Source: Tubulanus polymorphus (Eukaryota > Animalia > Nemertea). Taken from it: DNA of 64,000 nucleotides. The stretch covers positions 10,664,001-10,728,000 of the forward strand of contig NC_134028.1 of the NCBI RefSeq assembly GCF_964204645.1, read 5' to 3'. Both the position numbers and the translations under genes were made by a program. A model generated the notes under the pieces. The model was not told where the DNA came from. It worked only from the letters and a program-made list of their open reading frames with translations, and ran no database searches. Below are positions 1 through 14,062 of the stretch, piece by piece. Within the stretch, counting starts at the first letter, position 1. Each line of letters starts with the position of its first letter.

Positions 1-204
1 ACCAAATGGTTCTAACTAGAATAGAAATAAAGCAACAATATAAAACAAGTCAATACATATTACCATATAATTTGCCACCGGTTTACCTTTCTAGTATCCA
101 TATGAACGAAAAAATGACCAGAAAACTCTAAGGGCTCTGGGAAGCACGACACAAATTTTTATTTTGGCTGTGTTTGTAATTCTTTGTATTTCACAAAAAT
201 ATCA

Positions 205-368
205 GGATCATTCATTTATTACATACGCATAAAATTTGAATTTTTCAACCCCCCTCGCCCCCTGTACGCAAAATCGGCCATTTTTTTCGTATTCATAAAG
301 CATTACCATGTGCAATTGCACTGACCCCTCCCCCTCCCCTAATGCATACATAATAAATGAATGAACCC
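205..368. mobile_element. Short MITE
   Basis: Imperfect inverted ends ggatcattcatttattacatacgcat / atgcatacataataaatgaatgaacc. Confidence 0.55.
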
Positions 369-515
369 AATATAAGGTCCCTCATATATATCGTATATAC
401 TTGAGTAAAAGTCACAAGTACCAATAAATAGACAAATTGTATATTATTCATTATTTAACTCCCCCTGGACACAAGAACAAAGAATTGGGCGAAAACGGGA
501 CGGTTGGCAGCTCTG

Positions 516-803
516 CTGTACGGTGATCTCCACAGGTTAACCGTACGTGAGTTCCCTACAAACGCCGTACGTGAGTTCTTATAATCTACATACGCGCATG
601 CGTGTGAAAGAAGGGGTTTGGGTTAGGCGAGGCTATTTGTTAATCAACTTTCATACACCCTGCAGTTACGTTCTGTGGCTCAGTGGGTAAATCACTGGAC
701 TACTGCTGGAATTTTTTTTTTTCGTTAGGTTTTGATTCCCAATATTGCAAGGCAGAGGGTCAACGTTCTCGCATACGGCTAACCTGTGGAAGTCACCGTA
801 CAG
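516..803. mobile_element. MITE with ~35-bp TIRs
   Basis: ctgtacggtgatctccacaggttaaccgtacg ... catacggctaacctgtggaagtcaccgtacag. Confidence 0.7.
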
Positions 804-838
804 TCACGTTTGGGTAACAAGAGCGTTTTAAGTATTAA

Positions 839-1271
839 CTCTTTGCCTACCAGGCCTATTTTTCAGGAAATGCTGCACTTTGCCAGGATTTCTGTGTTTT
901 TCAGAGATTCATAAAACAAAAACTAAAAGAGATATCATCATCAAATTTGTCTTATTTTGTTCATCTGGTCTTGCTTTTTCATGTAAAATAAGCAGCATTT
1001 CTTCTAAAAGTGATAAAATCTGCAGCAATCACCATTTGCAGAAAATATTCCTGTTGAGACCCATTTCAATAGAAGAAGTCACTAACACACTGCATAGAAC
1101 GACTGATGATAGTTTGTTTAAGTAGTAAAGGCATTAAACCAACTGGTGTTGTGCGATGAATTCGCCATCTATCGTTAAAGTTAACAAACAAGTCAACCAT
1201 ACCAGTACGGTTTTGGCAGGCAAGTGATGGAAGAAATCGAACGTACCAGTAGGTTTTTGGCAGGCAAAGAG
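839..1271. mobile_element. TTAA-flanked MITE (piggyBac/Kolobok-type target)
   Basis: TTAA|ctctttgcctacca ... tggcaggcaaagag|TTAA. Confidence 0.75.
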
Positions 1272-1329
1272 TTAAGTGAGCACGATAAGCCTACCATGCC
1301 TACGTACTACAAACACAAATTTTTCCCTC

Positions 1330-1900
1330 TCGTCTACCCTACACTGATGTTACTATAACTGGAGCCATTATCACATGGATAGGATTTGGTCAGGACTAGC
1401 CTAAAGTCTAATTCAGTCCACTATTCACTATTATTAAAACAATACAGTGAAGTACTCAGACGCAGAAAGGCTAATTGATTCGAGCCATGCAATTAAATTT
1501 TACTCAGGCGTCCTATGACCTGCTGACATTAATAGTCAAACCTAGATCCAAAACATTCATCTGGTCACAGCTTGTATACCAGAAATCATTGTAGGCCTGT
1601 ACATTTTGCTGTATGAAGGTTTGGTATACCGATTTCTCCAATCTAGACTGATAAGTGTACGGTACAGCTGTATGCATTATACAATTGTACCAATGGGAAT
1701 AGGGCTTATTGATTGGGTTTATTATTTCCTGCTTTAGAATACTGAAATAAGCCCAACGTTCATTCAAATATCCAACATCGGTGAAAGTTTGATTACTGTA
1801 TACTCGTCCTGTAGGTCTTCATGTTGTATGAATATTTTGCAATTCAAATGGTGAGATGCTAATTCCGATGTCATACACACGAAGTTAAATGGTCAAGGAC
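1330..1900 (+). pseudogene. Possible highly degraded Gypsy RT/RNase H remnant
   Basis: Weak motif fragments in plausible order (EVLRR.KAN, KTFIWSQ, GIG, ALEY), with many frameshifts. Confidence 0.25.
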
Positions 1901-2421
1901 AGTCAACAAGACCAAGATATCTCTCTGCGACCGATGTTGCACCATAGAAGATCCGATTCTTTCAACTCAAGCAAAGTGATTCAACACGATCGACATAACA
2001 CTGGAATGGGTTAGCAGTGACTAACAGTTCATTTCATTTAGTCCTATGTACTTTTTAGCCAATTTGGATTTGATTGTAATTGAAACTCTGGAACTGTTAA
2101 CGAGAGAATGGAAAAAACACAAGTTATGCTTGATTCTCATATTCAAATTTAATTCAAATTCAAATATATTTTATTGCATCATATTTAAAAAGCATATCAT
2201 TGGTTCATACAGTAATAAAAATAAGAACAGAATAAATATAATTATAGAATTTTTAAAGGTAATGAATTTCTATAACTAAATTAAAAGTATATTTCTAATA
2301 ACTAAGATCGAGAGTGACTCTCCCGTTTATCAGGAAACACACACAACTAGTGGAATAGGTTTGATATTTACACACATGTTGCAGGTATATTTTGTTTATC
2401 AGTATAGAATTTGAAATCCAT

Positions 2422-3705
2422 ACTAGGGGTCCAGAGACACCATGCCCACTTGGGAAGTGGTTTCAAATGCTCAACAATCTAACAATTTCAATATTCAACG
2501 CCCCCTGCTTACCATATACAAAAACTAATGACCTTGAAACTCACCAAAATCATAGAACATGTCAGCAGCTACGATTTTGTAATTGATTGTGACAACAAAA
2601 TATGCCTCATTACCACTTATAATATGGAAATACTAAGTTATTCTACTATTCAACGCCCCCCTGGTGACCATATTCAAAACCCAATAACCTTGTAACTAAC
2701 CTTGTAACTCATAGAACATATCATGAACTACAACTTTGCAATTGATCATGGTAACAAAATATGCCTAGGTACCAATATAATAAGGAAATACTAGGTTATT
2801 CTACTATTCAATGCCCCCTGGTGACCATATAGAAAACTTATTTCCTTAAAACTCACCACAATCATAGACGACGTCGTGAGCTACAACTTTGCAATTGATT
2901 GTGGTAACAAAATATGTATTGGTACAAATATAATACAGAAATACTAAGATATTGTATTATTCAACGCCTCCTGGTGGCCATAGACAAAAACCAATGAACT
3001 TGAAACTCACCAAAATCATAGACCACGTTATAAGCTACAACTTTCTAATTCATTGTCGTAACAAAATATAATACAAATATAATACAGAAATACTAAGATA
3101 TTGTATTATTCAACGCCTCCTGGTGGCCATATACAAAAACCAATGAACTTGAAACTCACCAAAATCATAGACCACGTTATAAGCTACAACTTTCTAATTC
3201 ATTGTCGTAACAAAATATGCTTAGGTATCAATATAATGTGGAAAAATGTTTTCCCACCTATGAATGAGTACTGATGACACCAAGATGGCCACCAATTGTG
3301 TCACAATTGGCTGATCAAAAATACCTGTCTCAGGTATAAAACATCCCTTTCCAAAGAATACCCATCAGCAATTGCAATGAGAAATAAATGGGGGGGGGGG
3401 GTTACGGGGTTCAAATATACACGAAAGATCAAGGCGTCTTCAAAATTTCCTTCAAAAAGTTCAAAAACGTGTAAAAAGTGCTGATTTTGGCGAACAACAA
3501 TGGCTGCCAGTCGGCCATCTTGATTCCGACAGGGCCAGTTTTTTGGGCTGAAGATGTGTCTAAGGTAGATACATGTATAAACCAAATATCAAGACATTAC
3601 CTTGAAGCGTCTTCAATACTTCCCAAAATAACTGGATTCCGTCTACAGAAGGACGAAAAGTGAACGCAATAGCCCGCTGGGACTAACGTCCCAAGTGGGC
3701 TAAAA
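2422..3705 (-). mobile_element. Helentron-associated non-autonomous element (HINE-like), family A, five internal ~155-bp tandem repeats
   Basis: subTIRs gcccacttggga / tcccaagtgggc, terminal hairpin tgggact..agtccca, central tandem units, A/T-run target. Several more copies in the window. Confidence 0.8.
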
Positions 3706-4283
3706 AGCCGATATTAACATCGGCCCGAAACCAAGACCAAATCAATTCATAATTCATTGATTGAATCTACACTACAATATATGTATTTATTCAAATATTT
3801 CAATAAAAAGATTAACTTCTTAAATCTATTCCAAATCATAATACGTTCTTACCTGTAAATTTACTCAATCGATCGACTCAGCAGGTGCTTAAGATGAGTT
3901 CTTAATAGGACAGATTAATTTATTAAGCGTGGTGATAATACAGTATCATGATGTTTGAATGCCAAATAAATGCCTGCTCGAAAAAGTTCATATTTGTTGA
4001 TTGTACGTCCGTGTTTGTTCGGTTTCAAAGCTGAACACCATTTGACGTTTACACAGTGGTTGCATATTATAGGTTCAAATCTGTCAATGCATTTTATTCT
4101 ATGTACCGGTATTTCCATTAACTACAATTCCCATCATCCTCAATTGCTTTGCAGAAAACCCGTCATCGCTGCTTTGCAGCTAGCTATATTTGAGGTTAAT
4201 ATTTCAGTGGTAAAATCAGGGGTCATTAACTTAACTTTTATGGTACCTATTTTCCCCACATTAGTTATTATTATGGTACCTAC

Positions 4284-4376
4284 CAGTATTTGAAATGATT
4301 CCACTGACATTAAATCGCAGATTTTTGCTACAACTTCTAAATTTTGACGCAAGAAACTCTGCCATTCAGTTTCTGA
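4284..4376 (-). CDS. XPO6: Exportin-6 exon (SETEWQSFLRQNLEVVAKICDLMSVESFQIL); gene presumably continues left of the window
   Basis: Matches QTEWQRYLRQSLEVVAKV. Acceptor tttcag, donor gtaggt. Confidence 0.92.
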
Positions 4377-4884
4377 CTGAAATAAATTGTTAAATCAGTT
4401 CATTAGTAAATTGCCAATTTCGATCTGCTTTCATTAAATTCAATTGAATTGGCCGACTGCCGCTTCAAGATTTATATTTAATACACATGACTATTGAATC
4501 TTCATTAAAGTTTCTGAAACTCCAGCCCAGGGTCCCCACAGAATGGTCATTCCTGGATATAAGGAGTTTTAAAGGAGAAAATTTCAAATTTCAAGAAGCG
4601 TCAGCATTACTTTCATATTCAAACTACAGTAGACTCCTTCTAAATTGGTACCGTTTATCTCAGTGAAACTGTATTCGGTGGTTTGTGAGCAAATCTTTAT
4701 CCCTTACACCAATCGAGGTGTAGATTACGGTACAACAACAAAAATTTTTAAAGGCCCATTTCTTAAAATTTGAGGAGTTTTAAAAGGAGGTTCAGGCATT
4801 TTTGCTTAAATTAAATGAGTTTCATGCAACTTTAGAAGCGTTTCCTGTCATGAAGTTTCTAAGGGATCAAGGAGTCATACTTAC

Positions 4885-4993
4885 ATTGTCATCAACAGTA
4901 TCGTCATCTAATTCATCAAGCTGTGACTGGTTGAATCGAAATCTCAATTTTTCTAATATGCGAGCTAACAAACTCATTAATGCATCTTTATAC
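4885..4993 (-). CDS. XPO6: Exportin-6 exon (YKDALMSLLARILEKLRFRFNQSQLDELDDDTVDDN)
   Basis: Matches YEDAL..QFRYNQAQLEELDDETLDDD. Acceptor atttcag, donor gtaagt. Follows a 17.9-kb intron. Confidence 0.93.
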
Positions 4994-5181
4994 CTGAAAT
5001 AACAATCTCAAAATGTAGCTGCAAAGTAGCAAGAAAGGGTTTTCTGCCTAGCAACATCCTTGATATGCAAACTAAAATGAATTATTGAAACGAAAACAAT
5101 GTTTATTGTCGGAGATTAGAACCGGATATGATAACTGGCACTGCCGGACATAACACTTTTTGAAACAATTTGGTACATTAA

Positions 5182-5741
5182 CACATTCGCTGTCGCTGAC
5201 GAGATAAATCGTCATGGTGGGTGCACCCCAGTTTGCCATGATGAGTTATATCGTCATCGATTCAATGTCATTTCATAGCGTTATGAATGACCTGGCAGAG
5301 GTGAGAAACTAGCTAACAATTGTCTGGCAGTATGGAGAGACTAAGATATTATTTATGGGAGTAACTCAAGTCTGGTGCACACTTAAGAAATTTTTTCAAA
5401 AAGATCTTCAGAATGCAATGAATTTCAGCTTCTTTTCAGGCCAATATTTAGATAGAAGATAACGACTAAAATCATTCTATATCATTTTTACAATAAAACT
5501 TTTATTCTTTTAGATTCTTATTTGATTTTTCACACTGCCAATAGGGACAAGAAAAAATTGAGAATCTCTTCACCATTGCCAGTGACGAGTAATCTCGTCA
5601 TTGGTTTTTTATACTAAAATAGATCAGTGTATTGATTTATGAATGTACAAATAGTGCTGGCAGCATATAAATTGTATTATGTCAATAATGTTAATAATTA
5701 GTGTTGACCGAACCTTAAACCGTAAGGTGGCAGAGAACGTG
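5182..5741. mobile_element. TTAA-flanked MITE
   Basis: TTAA|cacattcgctgtc ... ggcagagaacgtg|TTAA, with internal repeated gacgag..atcgtcat motifs. Confidence 0.7.
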
Positions 5742-7294
5742 TTAAAATCTAATTCCATGCAAAGGCTTGAAACCTTACTTCATCAAGGCTTAACAAAATT
5801 CTAAGGATTTCTACTGTAGGTGTTAGGGTGTAGAATGTACCTTATATTTAGAATTAACATTTTAGCAATAACCTACACATGATGAAATATCAATAATAAA
5901 CTAATAACAAGGCCAGGGTTTTTGCAAGATTTGAGGCTGATTGAGTATTCGTAGATCTAAGTGATGTTAAGGATATTCTATGGATTTATCGGACATACCG
6001 GCAGGGTAGGACTGTGTACTTTCAACGAAAATAATGTTTTGGTTATATGATGTTATGCATTGATATATGTATAACCAGGTGATATCACTATTCTTTGGAA
6101 AAATTCTTTTTGCATTGTTTAAAAACAGTAACCAAATTTTTAAAACAGTACACGTGTATTTCTATCAGTATAGGACCGGGATGATTTTTTCGAGCATGTG
6201 TTTGTCTTTCTCTGTAGAAGGGCACAGAGTTAGAGTTACTTATTACGACCTATTCAGCAAACAAAACAGTCCTAAAATTCTTTTTTCGGGGCTAATTACC
6301 CACTAGAACCTTCTGGCTAATTATACGGTTTATGTTTGATGCTCTGTCCAATCATTCCAGTATCAAAGTTCACATCACTGAAATCTCCTCAAAAGCAGAT
6401 GAGCCACAGCAAACATTCCTCGCCGTTGAAGAAATATAGCAACTGAATAAATTATTGAATCTTTTTTAAAATATTGCTATATTTAAAAGGAGGAAACCAG
6501 TTTTGAAGTAGTACATAGGGACCAGCAGACAGCACTTAAGGTGTCTATTGTTAACAGGCTGCACCATTCAAAATATTTCAGACACAAACTGAAATCAAAC
6601 TAGAAAGATACTTTTTAATAGGACGACGACGGAGAATAGAAATTAAAACTTATGGTGAAGACAAGTGAGGTTGGTTGGTAAGGCTTACACACTGTAGTGC
6701 TTTTCAAACACGTTTGTAAGACAGGTCCAAATGAAGTACCACTGTTAGACAAAGAGTTGAGAGTCAACATACAATGCAAGTTTAAGGTATTACAGAGATT
6801 TAAGGCAAAATGGAGCAGTTAGCATCCCTGCAAGTTTGAAAATTACAATTTTTGGAACTAAAATTTGTATTTCTGAGTAGTACTTACCCTTTCCACGGCT
6901 CAAACGCAAGGTAAGAGGGAAAAAAGAGAGCATTTACCCGAATTTTGCAAAATTATTACTTGCGAACATGAGCTCAAACTATGTACATGGATACACCTCT
7001 CGTGATCCTGATAATGCAAACATAAAACTTCTAGGCTTTAGAGTCCGATCCGAAAGTGGGTTAAATTTGACAAAATACACTCCCAGTTTAGAGTCAAACC
7101 TAATAATCTATACCATACAATAGTAGAACACAAAAGTAGCACAGACAGCGACTGGATCTGGCAGGAACAATTACCTCAGATAAATCTTTTCCCTTGGTCT
7201 TATTGATTCTAATGTGGAATAGAATTGAATTTTCTGAAATTTGCTCAATAAAACAAAAGTGAATTGGATTTGATGTTTTATTTGTTCAATAAAG

Positions 7295-10200
7295 CAGGGT
7301 TCATAGCCTCCAGGCCCAACTTAATTCAAGTACTTTCAAGGACCTATTTCAACAAAATTCAAGTACTATTTTCTGAAAAATACCATATAAACACTTAGTA
7401 TTTAAGGCCAATTTATTGCAATGAAAATTCCTTTGTTGCAGAAATTTAAAAGAAGTACAAACGCAAATCATCATAAAGAAACATCCACGCGTAGCAGAGC
7501 ACTTGATAACTTGGGAATCTTTCAGCTTTATTTTAAGAAAGATTTACTACATGTATCAGAAATTAATAACTTTAAAACAAGAAATCTGTGGGCCTATCAA
7601 TGGAACTACAGGTAGACCTCGCCATCAAAAAGCCATACTATCGAAAGCAAAAATAACAAAATTATACAAAATTAAATTACAGCTCATCGACCTATTTACA
7701 ATCGATTAATTTACTCCATTTGAGTTTCGATGGCTGAAATTACGTCGGCCAACTCATGTGATTTGTCTTTAGCCGAATTTCTCATGGTCACAGATTTTAA
7801 AATGAGCTCATGAGTTCCACTTTGTTTGCGAGATTTTAAACTTTCATCAGCCAGTGAATCAGCAGAGGCGTTCAGACTATTAATATCAGTTTCCACGCAT
7901 TGTTTTTTCGCAGTAAGCTCATTCAATTTCTCAGTTCCTCTCTTGCGCTTTAAATCTTTATCTTGCTCCTTGAGAAAGTCTTTGTAACGACTATGCGCTG
8001 ATCCAGCATGTGTTACCAGCTCAGGGGGAATCGGAACTTTAGTGACATCACCATCAAAACTAAGTACATAATCACAAATGAGCCTTTGAGCTCTGTATGT
8101 CATTTCAGCCATATTATCCCTTTCCACCTGCCGGTTTATGGAATTTGGAAGTGTTTATTCCCATGTGCATTAAAAGAAACTGATCCAAATAGTCTTTTTT
8201 CCTATCAAATGAACTAAATGATGACTTATTCTTATTAACATAGACACAGAACTCATCAAAGCTGCTTAGAATGTCATCACAGTCCTGTTCTTTCACACGC
8301 TTGTTTGTTACTAATATTGTAAGGATACGTTTAAACTCTTTTTTACACACATCCTGATTGTTAGCTAAACGCACTGGATCAAGGCACTGAATATTTCTTA
8401 CAATACCATATTTTATGGGTGCTTTCAGTAGTAATTTTTTCAGAAGAGCAATAACAAAGTTACGAAACTCACTGCAGAATTCTAGAATTTGACGTTCAGA
8501 TATTTGTTTTGTGGCAGTCAATTCACGCAGCTTTGTTTCAGCACTAAAGCCCACCTCAATTTTGGAATGACGGACATGACTCTCAGTATTGGACAGGTCA
8601 ATCTCAAGAAGCTTGAGTATAGAGTCTGCATCATCAACAACACTGGATTTGATAATACGTTTCATAAGTCTCCGAACCAGATCGGACAAATCTCCTGCCA
8701 TAAAAGGCAACATAGGGCTGTCTGATTGATACATTGTCATGAATGGAGTTATTTGTTTTGCTACGGAGAGAAATGCTTGAAGGTGCGGAATGGTCATGGA
8801 GTGTGATGCAGCATTTTTTACAACTTGATATGAATTACATGTTGGTTGTGAAGCTCTCTTCAACTTAGTCTCAACCCATTCTACATAATGTTGAACAGCA
8901 GGCCAAATCTGTATGACACGTTCGGCGGCTGGGGCGTTTTCTAACCATCTGTAAAAAGTATTGACAAAAAATATGGCATCAAACATTAATCATGGAATAA
9001 GGTCACATGAATAACTGTATTTAATGGATTCCAGAAACAGCACTAATTTCACCAACACTAGTGTTAAAAGAATGCAGCTTATTTTAATACTGGTATCAAT
9101 GTGGGTGTGGAAGGCACTGACACTAAAATAAACACTTGGGCACTATTGTTATAAGCTGCCTTTCAATAATGCAGCATTAAATTTTCTTGCCGTATCTGAC
9201 AGGTTAGTTCATGAATGAGTTAAACTTCTGCTCTGGATTGAAGATGAGGGAAGACATAAAATCTTTGACTTACCTGTGACGACAGAATTTCTTTGGAAAT
9301 ACCGTTGAATGCTTCATGAAATCCTCCCTTCTTGCAGGAGCATCTTTAAATAACATATAAAGGCTGGTCAAGAGAGATTCAATATTCCATTTCATTGTTT
9401 CTGACCCAGACTTGAATGCATCGTTGAGAATATGCAATCCACATGATCCAATTTTTAACAACCCAGAATCAACACCATACTCATCTTTCAAATAGTTACT
9501 GAGTTTATCATAAAAACACCAATTTACGCTCGGACCGTCCATGGACAATTGATACAGTTCAGAATAATTCAAATCAAACTCTGCCGTGAACACATTTAAC
9601 ATATCAGCTGCCGTAGCATGTCCAATGAAAGCTGATCCATAGTAATGCGACCTAACTTTGCCTCCATCCCATGAACGAAACATAACATCTAACTGCTTTG
9701 ACTGTGTTCTTTTGTTGAGCGATTCATCAAATAACAAGACGTAGGGACCTTCTCCTATTTTGTTCTTAATCAGGTCCTTAAGATACGGATAAATTCCGAA
9801 ATTAACCAGATAAGACACCTTTCTCTCGCTAAAGGTAAATTTGTCCGCAATTTCTGAATCTGGAAACATGCACTTGAAAACGCTTGGGGAACGTTCACAT
9901 GACTTAAAGGAATAATGTCTATAGACAACATTCAGCGCCCAAACTAATCAGCCCGCAGTACATTTTCTTTGGTCAGAAAATTATCTAAACTGTAGCTGGT
10001 ATGCCCACTGACTGCAGCTGGTTCTGAGGCTGTCGAAGAAGCTCTGAAATGTATAAAATTGAAAAGCTTTTCTTGCTCATTTCAATCACCAAAGCTAAAA
10101 GAAGCAGCCTCACTTCATTCAAAGTTAACCTTAGGAGCGCGATTTAACGACAAAAACCTTGGTAGAAATTTTGAATATTTTGATAAACCAATGGAATGGA

Positions 10201-11165
10201 TTGAATATTATGATCACAATGGCCTGTAATTGCTAATAAGAAATATCCGATCAATTGTTTAGACCTAACCACAACAGAAGAGAGAAGTTTTCATAGACTT
10301 ACCTGTTGTTGTTACAATCTTTATTGTTTTCAAAAAAAGCTGATAGCTTCGTCGTTTTAGATATTGCTGCCCCACCAGTTTGATGTTTTCTTGAAACCGC
10401 GTGACTCTTTAGAGCCGCTTCTCCCATCGAAGATATGTCAATGGTTTTGGCGCATATCTTGCACCTAGCTTCTGTTGAAATTGGTCTGCATTGAATCCAA
10501 CTTTTGTATGATTCATGCACCAACCAGGCGTCAGAGAAATGACACTTTCCCATACTGGCCTATCTAATTTTGAATCCAACAAATTTCGATGACCGGCTTA
10601 AACGTCTAAATGATAACAGCTTAACGCTTAATCATGATCAGCTCGGGGTACCCCGACATAAAAAATCACCTTTCGATAGTTAATGCTCCAAAGATCGTCA
10701 AAATCAAGAACGGTCTTTTTATTAATTTGAGGTCATTATTTACTACCAATAATCTATTAAGAATTATTTTGAAGTATTTTGTTTGTTTATTTCATCACAA
10801 CGGCATTTGTATATACGCGGCGCGCGATAGCGATAGTGCCACCACGTGTCTACTAATAGATTTGTATACGCATTGTCAGCAGTGAGCCACGTGCCTAATA
10901 CATTTGTACTGTATATATACACAAGTCAGCAGTGTATACGAGTCTATAGCACGCTGACAGTACAGTCACAGCACTCTCACACGTGGTTGGCAGTGCGCGG
11001 GCGTATTGAAGTCAATACAACAAACTAATTGACAAAATTTGGACAAGATTAAAAATTCAAGGACTTCCAATGATTTTTACTGAAATTTTGAAAATTCAAG
11101 CATTTTCAAGGCCTTGAAAACGCATTTTGTGATTCAAGCACTTTCCAGGATCGCTACGAACCCTG
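7295..11165 (-). mobile_element. hAT5-type DNA transposon, 5-bp TSD TAAAG
   Basis: Ends CAGGGTTC..GAACCCTG, subterminal ttcaag-act repeats, TAAAG duplicated at 7290-7294 and 11166-11170. The empty-site sequence is visible in other family B copies. Confidence 0.88.
7711..10553 (-). pseudogene. Intron-containing hAT-superfamily transposase (exons 10553-10303, 10043-9274, 8948-7711), frameshifted
   Basis: BED-like zinc finger (W..ARCKIC..LKSH..H), FDES, SMDGP, CGLH and RW motifs, with GT-AG introns. A 1-nt frameshift near 9949 and a frameshift or deletion near 8130. Confidence 0.88.
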
Positions 11166-11483
11166 TAAAGTAAAATTGAATTGGATTTGATATCGTTTTG
11201 CAGAAAAAAATTTGATTGAATTTGTAGTTTGAGCACATGGCTAATTAGCATAGCAAGGTCATCTATCCGATTTGAGAAAAAGCTATTTTTCCCGGACTTT
11301 GCACAATGGTCAATGATATTTTCTGAAGTGCTAATAAAAATATTCCTCCCAAAAACCAAATCAACTAAAGCCTTCACAGAAATCGATCTTTAAATACAAT
11401 TTTAGATCTTAAAATAAAACGCGGAAATAAAACGGTAGATGATACCGCGGGTTCACGTGAACACCTGCTGATTTCGGCGACTA

Positions 11484-12086
11484 CTGTAAAAACCGGCGTA
11501 TAAGTCGAGTTTTTAACCCTTGATTTTACCACTGAATTATTGACCTCGACTTATACGCCGAGTACAGTTTTCTACTAAGTATTTTCAGGTCACAAGAAAT
11601 ATTGATTCTACCAGATAAAAAAGACAGTGTTCATCTTCTCACTGCTATAACAGTTTCAATAATTATTCATGATAAATAAAGCTATTTAATGAAAAAAACT
11701 TCTTTCATTTTGACACAGCTTCATTTAAAACGATGTATTCATATATGCGCGCTCATAGCAGCGCTTAATACATTAGGCTATATATAGGCTATATATAGAG
11801 TGTGACTCACACTACTGTATCACTGTATGGTAGTGTATTATACCCGAGTGTGTGTGTAACAGTCTATTGATTAACACACAGCAGCAATCAGGCTGACGCG
11901 CGGTGGCGTGCGTGAAGGCACACATCGTTATCAAAACAAACTATTCAATACAATGATACTAGTAATTATTCTTCTAAAAGAAGGGACTCGACTTATAAGC
12001 CGGATATATGTTAAAATCATGAAATGTAGGTCTAAAAATCGACCTCGACTTATACGCCGCGTAGACTTATACGCCGGTTTTTATGG
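11484..12086. mobile_element. Tc1/mariner-pogo-type MITE, TA TSD
   Basis: TA|ctgtaaaaaccggcgtataagtc ... gacttatacgccggtttttatgg|TA, inserted at a TA of family B. Confidence 0.85.
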
Positions 12087-12338
12087 TAAGCCAATCATCT
12101 TTGCTTTCTGATTGGCTTTTCAAAACCAATATTTCAGATATTCGCAAAAAGCTCATATAAATTTTAACGAGGCCCTCTTTCAAAATTCAGCTACGTAGAG
12201 TTTGGAGAATGGATAATGCTCTAATGAATGATTTGTATCAATATATGCTCAGTTGCACAGACAAAGAGCCTTGCTCTGGAAACCATGTCATTTAAAATCG
12301 CTCCATTTGTATAGTAATAGGCTCAGCCTACAGCGGGC

Positions 12339-13300
12339 CTAATAAAAGGACGTGAATGTCGATGGAGAATTCCAAAAGGCAGCCCAACAGACTTCTTCCA
12401 AAGGAGCACCTGAAAAGACTGCGCAGGAAGTGGCCATAGACCTCACTTGATGAGAAACAATTCCCTCCAAAGAAAGATTCTCTTTCAATAAAATGTCCTT
12501 GATCACTGAAGAAACCCATCGGGCCATTGTGTCCCGAGAAATATCACCCTTCAGGTGATCCAACAGCGGAATAAATAACCACTCCCTCGTACCCCTTCGT
12601 GGAGCAGAGCAATCTAAATAGAAATACAACACCCGTACAGGACATAACATCCTGTCCGGAAGACCCAGTTCCACTCGATGTTTTAGGGCTTCAATTCACC
12701 ATTGACGGCCGACAGAGGCTGACTGTTAATTCTTTGCCAACAACTCCAAAGTAGGCCGCAGTGAAACAAATTCCTTTGCTGGCCCGTAGACAATATGACC
12801 TTGTCGAACTGAAAGTGCATGAATCTCAGAACGACGGGCCGAGCAAGCCAAGAACAACAAGAATACAGTCTTTTTTGACAAATTCTCAAATGACGCTGCG
12901 GAAAGAGGTTCAAATAGAGCCTCCATTAACTTCTTCAAAATTACTGACAGATCCCATGGTGGAATATCCTCGATACCCAAAGCCGGGAAACTGAAAACCC
13001 TGCAACTAGCTGGGATATCCGATGATCCGCTGATACATTTGGCCGTCCAGAAGCATGCAATGTATGGGAAATCGCGGAGCGGTAACCTTTAATAGTTATA
13101 ACCTGCAGACCTTTTACTACAAATAGATGCAGTAAAAAATATGCCAAATGAGCTACAGAGGGTGTGCATGGATCAATTTCCCCTGTAGCACAACAATCTG
13201 CAAAATGACCCCATTTGGCGTCGTAAATGATACTTGTCGATGGCTGCTTAGCTGCTGCGATAAAGGAGGCAGCCTGTTCCGAAATGCCTGAAGCTGACAA
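12339..13300 (-). pseudogene. DIRS tyrosine recombinase, frameshifted
   Basis: YDAKW..F, TIKGYRSAIS, PPWDL, KTVFLLFLACSARRSEIHAL, LCPVR, HQVRSMATS and AAFWNSPSTF motifs. Confidence 0.9.
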
Positions 13301-14062
13301 AGATCACTGGACAATGGCCAGGTGAGCAGATTTAACCACAGGTTGTTCGGATGATGCTGAAAGTTCCCCTGAGACAAAATCAATGGGAAATTCGGAAGAA
13401 TCCTGGGGTTGTTACACAGAAGGTTGAGAAGTGGTAGGGACCTTTTCTTCGCCAACCAACATGGTGCTAGCAGAACTATGTTTCAATTGACTGATCTCTC
13501 CATTTGATCCAGCAAGGGCGGGAGGACTGGTGTGGGTGGGAATGCATACGCATGCATCCCCGACCAATCCAGAGAGAAGGCGTCGACCCCCAACTCTTCC
13601 GCGTCTGGAAACGGGGAAACAAATAGTGGACACTTCTGATTGAACTGGGTGGCAAACAGATCCAGCAGCGGATTGCCGAACATGTCTCGAACTCGATTGG
13701 CTACTTCTTGGTGGAGAACCCATTCTGTCGCAATAGCCTGACCTCGACGAGAAAGAGCATCGGCCATCACGTTCCTTTTCCCTGCTAAAGGCACCACAGT
13801 CAGGGAAACGCCCTTTGCCTGGAACCGAAGAAGAACTTTGGCCAACAGATCTGTGAGGGTTTCTGAGTAAGTGCCCCCTTGATTCTGTTGGTATGCCCTC
13901 ACCGTTGAATTGTCCGTGGCTACCCAAACATGATGGCCCTCCACTGTTTTGTGAAAGAACTTCAGAGCCTTCCAAACCACCAGCATTTCCAGGAAATTTA
14001 TGTTGTTGGTGGCCTCGTAGCGAGACCACCTCCCGGCTTTGACTCGGTTCTCCAGATGCGCC

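Larger units (their letters stand above)
7056..12345 (-). mobile_element. HINE-like family B copy (truncated), split by a hAT5 element and a Tc1/mariner MITE
   Basis: Segments 7056-7294, 11166-11483 and 12087-12345 rejoin into the sequence seen nearly uninterrupted at 34364-35124. Confidence 0.8.

Noticed and set aside
675-742. tRNA-like A box (tggctcagtgggtaa) and weak B box
   Set aside because: No cloverleaf, interrupted by a T-run and inside a MITE. At most a decayed SINE head.
3850-3915. Minus-strand donor suggesting another XPO6 exon
   Set aside because: The upstream sequence does not resemble the next expected XPO6 segment.
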